Shown piece after piece: positions 25,301 to 35,292 of a stretch of DNA of 64,000 nt (positions are counted from its first letter, which is position 1; each line of letters opens with the position of its first letter). The position numbers were made by a program, and so were the translations under genes. The stretch comes from Eledone cirrhosa (taxonomy: Eukaryota), in contig OZ024740.1 in assembly GCA_964016885.1 (NCBI GenBank), forward strand, positions 305,164,001-305,228,000, read 5' to 3'. The notes under the pieces are model-generated. The model made no database searches. It worked only from the letters and a program-made list of their open reading frames with translations, and was not told the DNA's origin.

Positions 25301-28300
25301 AGGATCTACTTTTTTGACTGGTGCTGGCTCGTCTTCATCAACATCTGGTTTGGGTTCCTGGAATAAATGATACAAACAAGTATTAATACCTGTTTTCAAC
25401 CTTCTGATATACCAATGCTATTTAGAATATGGCTGCCTGTCCAATGTCCTGCTAACAGTTTATACAAGGATATAATTCCATAATTATTTTTTTAATTACA
25501 TGTCTGAAGAACTTTCCAATTTTGAAAGCTTTATGACCCTGTAACTGCTCCTTTCTAATGCATCAACATTTCTCATGGAGCAATTAATGAGTGTGTTGTT
25601 TCCTTGAGCAAGACACTTTATTTCACATTGCTCCAGTTTACTCAGCTGTAGAAATGAGATGATAGGGACTGGGGTCCCTATCATTCCACTGCAAAGTGGA
25701 CGTGTAGGTGCCATGGAAAAAAAACACCCAGCCCACACTGTAAAGTGAATGTGTAGGCACCACGGAAAAAAAAAAGCACCCAGCACTCACTATAAATGAG
25801 GTTGGTGTTAAGGGCATCCAGCTGAAGAAATCAAGCCAGAATCAGTTCCAGTCCCACCCTTGCAAGCAGGGAAAAGCAGACGTAAAATGATTATGATGAT
25901 GATGTCATTAACTAGGATTCCATTATGTGGGTGACTAGTTTGACTCCTACATCCCCAGATTTCAATAATAAATCAGTGTGCAACAGCCATAGCTTCCAAA
26001 TTTCCAGAAATCTCAAGGAAAAGAACCACTTTACCTGCTATTATGTAGAATAAAGATTTTTTTATTTTTTTATAAAGAATATGAAAAAGTTAAAAACCCC
26101 TTACTTTAAGTTTTGGAGGTGTCTTTTCTACCTTCGGTTTTTCTTTCTTTTCCTTCTTTCCTTGTCCATGAACTTCTGCGTACTTTTTAGCTAAAATTTG
26201 GAAAAAGAAATTGAAAACAATATATTTCTATATCACAAACCATTTATATTCAACAGAAAAATATTTTCAGCACATACAATAATTCTACAGCTAATGGACA
26301 GGTTAAAAAAAATTAAAAACTAAAACCATACTACATAGACCAATTTTAAAAGACCAAACAATGGAATAAATAAACAAAGTTATTCTAATATAAAAATAAA
26401 CATATTACCATCAAATTGTGCCATCTTGGTACAGAATGTTAGAGACCCAATAACTGATTTCACTTGAGGCTGATTGATCATGGTAGTAAACCACCTATTG
26501 ACATTTATGTAACTTTTACGGAAGTCAGGGTCAAGAACCTACAAAAAGGAAAATTAATTTTCATTCATTTTACTCCAAGAATTCAACTCGTATAAGCTTT
26601 TTACAATAGAAAATTAGTGATTTAGCAGAAAAATATCTGAAAACAGATCTAATTCAGATTTTTGTAGTATTTTTTACTAGTGAACAATGTTGTAAACATG
26701 TTCAGTAAACTAAATATTTGCTGATGTGGTTTCATTACAACTTACATTTAATGTGGTTTCATTACAACTTACATTTAATGTGGTTTCATTACAACTTACA
26801 TTTAATGTGGTTTCATTACAACTTACATTTAATGTGGTTTCATTACAACTTACATTTAATGTGGTTTCATTACAACTTACATTTAATGTGGTTTCATTAC
26901 AACTTACATTTAATGTGGTTTCATTACAACTTACATTTAATGTGGTTTCATTACAACTTACATTTAATGTGGTTTCATTACAACTTACATTTAATGTGGT
27001 TTCATTACAACTTACATCTAATGTGGTTTCATTACAACTTACATCTAATGTGGTTTCATTACAACTCACATCTAATGTTTCACCACTCACAATGCCAAAT
27101 AATGAATGGAGATATCCACATAGACATTCAATTTAAATTTTGAAAGTAATATTTTATAATCAAATAACTATCATTCTATGTTCCAAGTAATGTGATTTAT
27201 ATTTTAAATATGCCAATTTTTAATGCTTACTCATTTACTATTTAGTGACTCTCCCATACTATTTTGGAAAGTACAGGGAAATCTATACTTTGCTGAAGTT
27301 TAATACCAAAACATATCTAGAGTTGTCTCCCATATCCCCAAAGTAACTGAAATGAGACTTATTTTTTGCAGCTTAAGTACTCTGGTCCAAAATGAGGAGA
27401 ATCATTTTTCTATATATTTATTTTTAAAAAAACCGAATTAGTCATTTAGTTTTCATATCGAGACCCCAACCCATCCTATTTTATAACATAAGGGATTTCT
27501 AGTAATGGACTTCTTGTCATGTATGTTTTTTAATGTTTCAAGAAAATAAAATTTCTCTAGGGATAAATTAGCAAAATTTAATAAGCGGCGGAGAGGGATT
27601 ATACGAGACCCGAAAGTTTTATAATTATTCTGCCTAAATTTGTTTTCACTGATAATTCAATAGGTAGCTTCTTCATATTAGCACTGAGACATACTTAAGA
27701 TAGCATCAACCTGTTAAAAATAAGTCAAATATCCCTTAAATCACACTACTTTTTTAAATAAGGAAATAACACATTTGGTAATGTAATCTTAGATAATATT
27801 CCCAAGATGGTCATAACAGGAATACTTTGGACCACACCAGCTCAATCAAGGTATTTATACTATCAACTACAGTTTAGGGGTGGAAATAATCAATTTAGCA
27901 AATTCCAAAAGCTAATTCTGACTTTAACAATGTCCTGCCTGTCATGTTAGCTATAAAGAAATCTATATTATCAATTTCTCAGTTATCAAAGTATCTAAAT
28001 ATGGAGATAGAAAATAGGAATATTAACTCCTATCATTTCAAATAATGTGTCACAATCTCATCTTTAGTAATGTAACACGATCATTTAACGTTTTCCCTGC
28101 CAGCAAAGGTTGAACCTAATGATTATAACTAATTTAGACAAACTTTTAATCTTAACCTTTAGCTGAGATGTCATCATAGTAGCATGTTTTACAATAGTAA
28201 GAATTCAAAGTATGGCAAATAACTCCTCTTAATTGATAATTACATACATGAGGTTCAACATACAATGAGTCATTGTTTTTACATCCACTTTTCCATGCTG

Positions 28301-31300
28301 GTAGAAGTTGGACAGAATATTTTTAGAATATTTTACAGTTGGATCCACTTCCTCACACCAAACCTTTTAGTCACATCTTATGACACACACAGGGATAGTG
28401 TGCCCTTAACTCTTTACATTAATTTATATTTACTATTATATATTCATGGTAAAGGCTTTACCTCATATAATACAGAATCTGAGATTGATATTTATTTTGA
28501 GAATACCTTAGCATAAGTATGAGCAGCTAGTTACAGCTAGTTTGAACAGAAAAAGGTGAGAGAATTCCGGCCAGATACAGCCAGTTTAAATATTCAATAC
28601 CAAAACTACTGCAACAGTATCCACAATAAAGCTTGTTTAAGAATACTGCATAGGTTGAAACTTATCCAAATATTTTCTATCTATATAACCTATAATCATT
28701 CAAGTCTTGTTTAACCCTTAAGTAGACTTTGAATAAAAAACATTGCAGCATTCCATGTAGTGCTCAGGAGAGGTTGCCATGTCTTTGACACAACTAAGGG
28801 TCCTCGCAACCCTTCTACGGCTGGATGCCTTTCCTATCACCAACAACTAGGGAGGTTGTCATGCCTTGACACGACTGGAGGGTCTTCCTGACCCTTTGTC
28901 TGGCAGGTTTTCTACAGCTGGATGCCCTAATTGAAATAGAGTATTTCATTACAAATATTGATGCAAAAGGATTAAAGGAAGAGAGCTTTATGGATAACAG
29001 ATTATACTAAATGTACAAAAAAAAGTAATTAAATTTCTTTTCAGACTGACCAGAAATATTTAATAGTGGAGGCCACTTATTGAGAACACTTTGGAACAGA
29101 GCCATTTAGATATCATGAAAATGTTTAGGACCCAAATTATAATAAGCATTTACCACTGTACTTGACCATTGAGCAGACCGATTAAGTTTGCTTTGAAACC
29201 ACAGTTTCATGTTCAATTCCACTATGCAAAACTGGCCCATGATTTGTGAGTGAATTTGATAAATAAAATCTGTTAGGAGATCCATTAGGAGTGTGTGTGT
29301 GTTTTAACACCACTTAACCCTTTAGCATTCACATAGCTCTATATTTACTATTGTATTTTCACAGTAAAGGCTTTATTTCATACAATATCGAATCGATGAG
29401 ATTTTGATATTTATTTTGACAATACTTTAACATCACTATGAGTGGCCGGTTACAGCCAGTTTGAACAGAAAGAGGTTAGAGAATTCTGGCTGGATGTTAA
29501 AGGTTTAAAGCAAGAAGTGATGATTGTTATGTTCTGCAGCTAAAAGCATTGACAAAGATGAGCAATACATACCATACTTAAATATAAAGTATGGGCTGGT
29601 ATAAGGAAGACCACCTGGCCATAGAAAAAACACTTGAAGAAGAAAAGCCCATCCCATAAGTTGGAGAAGCAGTAGAAGTAAAAAAAAACAAGTGTCATAG
29701 ATTTCAGAGAATACTTACCAACTTATAGAGTTGCAGCATATTGCAACAGACAGTAATATCAGCTTGACTGATTCTCTCACCAACTAAATATGTACGTGTT
29801 TGTAGATGATTATTGAGAATTGTCAATACTTTCTTGATTTGTTCCTTGGCCTTTTCAGTTTCCTGTTAAATGAAAAAAAAAAAAAAAAAAAGTCACTAAT
29901 TTTCAAATAAAGTGTATTTTATTTTACACACCAACCAATTATAAGAAAATTATCCTTTCTACACCATGTGTAAACACAAACTGAATATCAAACATTCTCA
30001 TCTACAACTCCCACCAATTCATTAAATTTTAAAAAATCCATACAAATATTTCTTGGTTGAGTGTTCAGTTGTTTCATTACTGTTAATCAGTTGGAGACAT
30101 CATCGTTTAACGTCTATCTTCCACGCTAGCATTAGTTAAGATGAGTTTGTCCCACTTGAGTCAGGTGACCATGTATGTCTCACTCGTATAGGACTGTTTC
30201 TGGCTGGTTTTCTACAGCTGGATACCGTTCATAGCACCATTTACAGTGCTGGGTGCTTTTTGTCGTGACACCTACACTACCACTTTAGAGTGGGCTGGAT
30301 GTTCTGTGGTACCAACATAACTTTTCAGAGAAAGGGTGGTGTGGGAGGATGGTGTAGGGGTGTGGTATATATTGGGTTAGGAGGTGCTTGAGTGCAGGTT
30401 TAAGTTTGTCCTATTATCTTGATGTTAAAGGTGCTTATATCCACTGTAAGTTGCATAATATTACATCCAAACCCACTGAGTTCACCAATAACACAATCAA
30501 GTAAGATCATCCCAAAGCAAACCAACAAACCAAATTCATGTTAAGTCCTGACCGTTGACATGTGATAGATTTCATAGGTTTTCCTAAGTTGAATTACAGT
30601 GAAATGTGCTTGCCTAGGTGATCCAGAAAAATAGAGCATCTGATTTCAACCTGGTTACAAGTAAAACTGTACCATATTCCATTCTCAAGAACACATTTGA
30701 CAGGAGCAGAAAGTACAGATCCTTATAACACTGCACTGTATCTCAATTCTTAACATCCTGTACCACATAAAACCACATCAGCAAAACAATGAAAAGCATA
30801 AAAAAGCAGACTGCATCACATTAAACATTTAAGTCTATTTTAGTTTACTGCAGATTGTCAATGACCTGCCTGCCAATGAAGATACTATAAACATTTGAGT
30901 TAACTTTTTTTAAAAGATATTATCTGCTAAATCATCACAGAATATTAAGAATTAACTTGGAATTTTAAACAATTATAGGGATTAACTAGAGATAACAATT
31001 TTAGTCATAGAATAATGATTCAAATATTAATACTATACCTGTTTGTTGAACTGGATAATGCCAAGACATGGATAGACCCATGTACAAGATGCCGGCAAGA
31101 TCTCATTATCAGCGAAGTTGATCCACTGAAGTACACGAGTAGCTTCTTCAACAGTTGTACCTCTTAACTGAGCAGATCCCACTAAAAATAAATGTTATAT
31201 ACATTATAGATTTATATATATATATATATATATATACAGAAATTTCTGAGTACAGAGAATAAACTTAACTATTAAACTTACCAAGATGAGCAATTGCATT

Positions 31301-32185
31301 ACTTTCAAAATAGCATTCTCCTGATGAAGTTTCAAAAGTAGGGACCTGAAAACATAACAGAAGGAATCATTATACACATTTTGAAGAATGTCATATATAT
31401 ATATATATATATATAATAGATGGACTAAACAAATCCACCACTCAACTTTCTACAGCTCTCTATATGGTTGCCACCTTGTTCCACGAAATGTGATGGCATG
31501 AAATAGCTTAGTCTCCCATCTTATCTTCAATTTCGCTTCCTACCTTCTGGATTAATTTTAGGCCATTGGAGGCTTATGATCCCATTATTTCTGGACATAC
31601 AGTGACTACATAAGTTGGAATACTTTGGTTTTTTGTTGCCTTTCGAGCAATCGTTGATGCTCAAGTAATGATATGAGAGAAGCGGGCGAGGATATTGTGA
31701 TAAATCCCAAACAAGGATCCTTCCGTTTTTATAAAGAGAAAATTGATTGCAAAAAGGTGGACACGATGACAATTACAATCACCCAATCCTTAAGAAAAAT
31801 AGTTATTTATACACAAAGAATGGATGAGTTACATGTATCAATGTAATGCTCATCTAAGAGGGAAAAAACTGTAAAAATCAGAATCATTCAGAGTATTCTT
31901 TTTAATCAACAAACTCAAGTTTGATGGTATGTTTGGTGATATATAGATGGCAATTTCTAGCAATAGTAAACATTTTTTTAAAAAGTGATCAACGTGAAGC
32001 CACATACGTGCAAGCTTTAGTTCTTTGTAAAGTTAGTGCAGCTGAAATTAAACCATGACTTGAGGACAATTTCTCTAAACAACAGTGACGTGTAACATAA
32101 GATTCTCGTGAAAGATTTTATCAAGAATTGTAATAAACGACTTATTTCAGTGATTCAATCAATTATACACATATTGCAGGATACA

Positions 32186-32225
<40 letters not shown>

Positions 32226-32639
32226 ATATCTGTTAAATTTGCTGGCATTATGTGCCGAATGTAACATTCCACAAAAATTATTCTTCAAAGATAAAATATC
32301 GAAAGGCGTAAAAGAAATATATACTTTTCCAAGCGGGAATTTCTCCAAAAACGCATTGGACTTATTAGTTTCACCAAATTGAAAAGCCGGCGGAGATGAT
32401 GCCACTGTCACGTTTGCACCAGAGTATTTTGCGGCAATGAGGATCTTGAATGCCCGGAAATTGTCCGGATAAGTGTAAAGGGTCTGAAATATAATGAATT
32501 ACGAAAATAATTATAAATATATACAACACTTGAACAGAAAGTAGAAGTAAAATGTTTAGAAAGTATATTTAAAGAATGATTATCAACAGGCAATTGGATA
32601 AGAAATAGAACATGAGTTTTAACGTACACCACTCGCCAT
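19186..32639 (-). CDS. EEF1G: Eukaryotic translation elongation factor 1-gamma, complete, 11 coding exons, 421 aa
   Basis: Exons 32639-32628, 32483-32325, 31345-31282, 31181-31039, 29862-29719, 26538-26409, 26190-26105, 25357-25281, 22558-22386, 21587-21463, 19338-19186 sum to 1266 nt, all GT-AG; [17 protein letters not shown]..., [47 protein letters not shown]...NQGKIFK*. Confidence 0.97.
19742..20702 (+). mobile_element. Internally deleted piggyBac transposon in EEF1G intron 10
   Basis: TTAA at 19738-19741 and 20703-20706; imperfect TIR CCCTTTAG; transposase N-half (acidic N-terminus, [16 protein letters not shown]) frameshifted. Confidence 0.85.
20718..21051 (-). mobile_element. SINE family B copy
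   Basis: Reverse complement of 16315-16687. Confidence 0.9.
21463..21587 (-). CDS. EEF1G: EEF1G exon 10 (GMFQRLEKL...HELVFD)
   Basis: tctAG / GTaagt. Confidence 0.95.
22386..22558 (-). CDS. EEF1G: EEF1G exon 9 ([13 protein letters not shown]...ANLIG)
   Basis: ttcAG / GTgag; EF1G C-terminal domain. Confidence 0.95.
22776..24859 (+). mobile_element. Near full-length piggyBac transposon, pseudogenised transposase, in EEF1G intron 8
   Basis: TTAA 22772-22775 and 24860-24863; 13-bp TIR CCCTTTC(G/A)TTACC; [44 protein letters not shown] spread over 4 broken ORFs. Confidence 0.93.
25281..25357 (-). CDS. EEF1G: EEF1G exon 8 ([10 protein letters not shown]...DPLAKLDR)
   Basis: tccAG / GTaag. Confidence 0.92.
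25590..25905 (+). mobile_element. 5'-truncated SINE family B copy in EEF1G intron 7
   Basis: Collinear with 16390-16687, with one extra internal repeat unit. Confidence 0.9.
26105..26190 (-). CDS. EEF1G: EEF1G exon 7 (lysine-rich linker KKYAEVHG...PPKLK)
   Basis: ttttAG / GTaagg; phase-compatible. Confidence 0.9.
26409..26538 (-). CDS. EEF1G: EEF1G exon 6 (VLDPDFRK...KMAQFD)
   Basis: tgtAG / GTaat. Confidence 0.95.
26724..27078. repeat. 27-bp minisatellite, about 13 near-perfect units
   Basis: ATGTGGTTTCATTACAACTTACATTTA tandem. Confidence 0.97.
29318..29504. mobile_element. piggyBac MITE (CCCTTTAGCATT type)
   Basis: TTAA on both sides; related copies at 28404-28590, 39102-39318, 21052-21200. 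Confidence 0.8.
29719..29862 (-). CDS. EEF1G: EEF1G exon 5 (ETEKAKE...QLYKL)
   Basis: [15 protein letters not shown] motif; acAG / GTaagt. Confidence 0.95.
31039..31181 (-). CDS. EEF1G: EEF1G exon 4 (GSAQLRG...QFNKQ)
   Basis: ttttAG / GTatag. Confidence 0.95.
31282..31345 (-). CDS. EEF1G: EEF1G exon 3 ([21 protein letters not shown])
   Basis: ttcAG / GTaag. Confidence 0.95.
31486..31746 (-). ncRNA. Candidate intronic H/ACA-box RNA in EEF1G intron 2
   Basis: Closing stem TCAATTTT/GAAATTGA, H box AGATAA (31526-31521), short hairpin GATGG...CCATC, ACA followed by TTT. Confidence 0.4.
32325..32483 (-). CDS. EEF1G: EEF1G exon 2 (TLYTYPDNF...FPLGK)
   Basis: GST-N domain start; tttcAG / GTatat. 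Confidence 0.95.
32628..32639 (-). CDS. EEF1G: EEF1G exon 1 CDS (MASG)
   Basis: caaaATGGCGAGTGGT then GTacgt donor. Confidence 0.9.
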
Positions 32640-32680
32640 TTTGCCAGCTAAAAAGGAAGTTCAGAAATTTTGACGTCTGC
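32631..32680 (-). promoter_or_regulatory. EEF1G start region: 5'TOP/TCT-like pyrimidine tract, YY1-like site over ATG, CRE-like site
   Basis: Minus strand CTTCCTTTTT (32659-32650) 10 nt before ATG; CAAAATGGCG spans the start codon; TGACGTC at 32671-32677. Confidence 0.6.
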
Positions 32681-32699
32681 GCAATAGCGAATAGTTGTA

Positions 32700-32748
32700 T
32701 GTATATTTGAGAGTGTGTGTGTGTGTATATATATATATATAAATATAT

Positions 32749-32787
<39 letters not shown>

Positions 32788-32820
32788 TTATATTGTGTGT
32801 GTATATATATATATTTATAT

Positions 32821-32870
<50 letters not shown>
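32700..32870. repeat. Compound (TG)n/(TA)n microsatellite between divergent genes
   Basis: Direct inspection. Confidence 0.95.
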
Positions 32871-32871
<1 letters not shown>

Positions 32872-33179
32872 TGCCCGGATGTGATGAGAAGTTAGCGCAG
32901 AGTCGGAGCCAGACAAGTAAAGTAAAGCAGATTTCCTTCCTCCTACTGCTTCACTAGAACATATACCACCACCATAGCAGCATCAAGTGTCGCCGTCTCC
33001 ACCTCCATCATTGTTCTGTAGTTGTAGTTGAGGCTTCTCTGCCAAAAGACGAAGATAAATTGTTCGGGAACGCCGCAGTTTTGTAATACATATTTGGCGA
33101 GAAGACAGGACGACGACGATCACTACCAAGTCTCCCTTTTCTCACCTCGGACAGCTACAGGGATTTCCCTTCGAATATG
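32870..33179 (+). other. PPP3R1: Probable calcineurin B first exon (5' UTR plus ATG only)
   Basis: CpG-richer unique sequence, ETS-like CCGGATGT at 32875-32882, ends ATG|GTGAG; TSS not determinable. Confidence 0.6.
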
Positions 33180-33780
33180 GTGAGCTCTTTATAGCTAATT
33201 TATCAATGTTACATTTTCGATTCTTGTTCGGTCATGTCTCGGAATGTGCTTGTCTCTTTCCCTTTGTAGAAAATAACAAAATAGATCATTTTATTAACCA
33301 GTTTATGTGCTCGATATATATATAGAAGGTGCCAACTCTTTAAGCTAAACACCCACACTCCTCAGTCATTGAAGTCATGCACAGTAAATAATCGTAGAAA
33401 ATTCATGTCAGTCTTCCTTGTCTCCAGAATCTCATTTGTTGTATAACACTGGACTATATCTGTTATTACTGGTTGTGCTGTCAAATAGATTCTCTTATAT
33501 TCGATGCCCTTCTTTATTATGTGATATATATATATATATGTGTGTGTGCGTGTGCGTGTGTGTGTGTTTGTATGTATGTATGTATATATATATGTATGAG
33601 TATATGTATGTTTGTATGTATAGATATATATGTATGAGTGTATAGATATATGTGTATGTATATATATGTATGTGTATGTATGTATATATATGTGTATGTA
33701 TGTATATATATATATATATATATGTATGTATATATATATGTATGTGTGTATGTATGTGTATGTATGTATATATATATGTA

Positions 33781-33811
<31 letters not shown>

Positions 33812-34297
33812 ATATATATATCTATGTGTGTTTGTATATGTATTTATATATCGGGTGTTTGTTGATCGTAATCTGTCAGTCCTTTTAAACACCAATTTCT
33901 TCCCCAGTTTAATAAATACCTGTTACAGTAATACCACAAGTTATCAGTTATGTGTTATTACCATTATTATTCAGCTTCCTGACCGATTTGTCTTGTTTGT
34001 TGAGTTGCCACCTCTAAAAATGGAAGTAGACGAGCTACCCAGATCATTAACGCCTCTTCCAGCACATTTCTTCACTGTCGATGAGATCTGTGAATGAATT
34101 CTTCACTCGGTTTCTATTTACTGCTCTGTCTTGCAACAAATATTGTCTACCATTGTTGGGGTATCTTTTGTCATCATTGCACAATTCTGTAGCAGCTGCA
34201 CATCTTACGATTAACGCAGATTTTTATAACACCTTCGAATTGTCAGCTACAAAAATCCGGGGGCTTTATTTTATTTGTACTGCAGTTTGTGTTAGTT

Positions 34298-34358
<61 letters not shown>

Positions 34359-35261
34359 TATATACATATATATACGTGTGTGTTTATTTTCACCTGATTA
34401 AAAGAAAAATAAACTGCAGTACCTCACCTGAAGTATAAGCACTATTATTTTTCTTCTGCAATATGTTCAGGTTTCCTTGCCTGTTAGTTAGTATACCTGG
34501 GGGATGTCTTTTGTGAGGATGTTTGTGATGACGGTTCTCTACTCTCTCCCTCGCCCTTCCTTTTTTTTTTTTTTTCCTGCTCTACAAGAATTCATAACCT
34601 TTTTTAGTTAAACTAGAATTAGTGACAGCCATCTAATCTTATCTATTTTAATTCAACATTCCTGTAGATCTAACTCTGGTTAGAATCTTGTTTTAATAGT
34701 CTCAGTAACTAATAATTTACAATAGCTCAATGCTTAGGCACTGATCCAGCTTTTATATATTTATCGTTAATTTATTTTAGATATCATTTACTGTTTGATT
34801 GTGCCACCCATTAAAGCAAAAAAAAAAATAGATGTTTGGTTACTCTGATCATCTAATAACTTCAAATATCCTCTAAATAAACGATTATTGCTGTAATTTA
34901 TGCTTGAAATTATTAATTTCCTATATGGCTACCACCAATTTATGTAACATTACGCTATTACCACTGTCGCATATCAAAACTAAGCTGTATTCCACCGGGG
35001 TTCGGTTTTTTTCCTTTCTCTTTTTGTTGCCCACCTCTAAGTTTCATTATTATTCATATTTCTTGTGCCTTTGTAATCACTCTAAAAATGAACTACAGAT
35101 TCCTTTTGAGGAGCTTCTTGTTGAGCCTTACTGCTACGAACAGCTGATATTTGGACTTATGTCACTTGAGTGGTTACATTGAAGTCTAAATCATAGATTT
35201 ACGGGAGGGGGAGGGGATTATCATTTCAGTACTTGAATCCTAGATTATTTTTATTTGTACT

Positions 35262-35292
<31 letters not shown>

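Noticed and set aside
26718-27143. ORFs (MWFHYNLHL)n and (VVSLQLTFN)n; also a CRISPR-like look
   Set aside because: Minisatellite with no unique spacers, eukaryotic intron, no cas genes
31486-32324. Telomerase RNA interpretation of the H/ACA candidate
   Set aside because: No CTAACCCT-type template on the minus strand and no clear pseudoknot or P6.1 upstream of the H/ACA part
32881-32960. C/D snoRNA starting at GTGATGA
   Set aside because: No D box CTGA or terminal stem at a suitable distance; region is better explained as promoter/5' UTR
33362-34401. Long ORFs rich in Y/I/H/T or C/V/M
   Set aside because: Translations of TA/TG microsatellites
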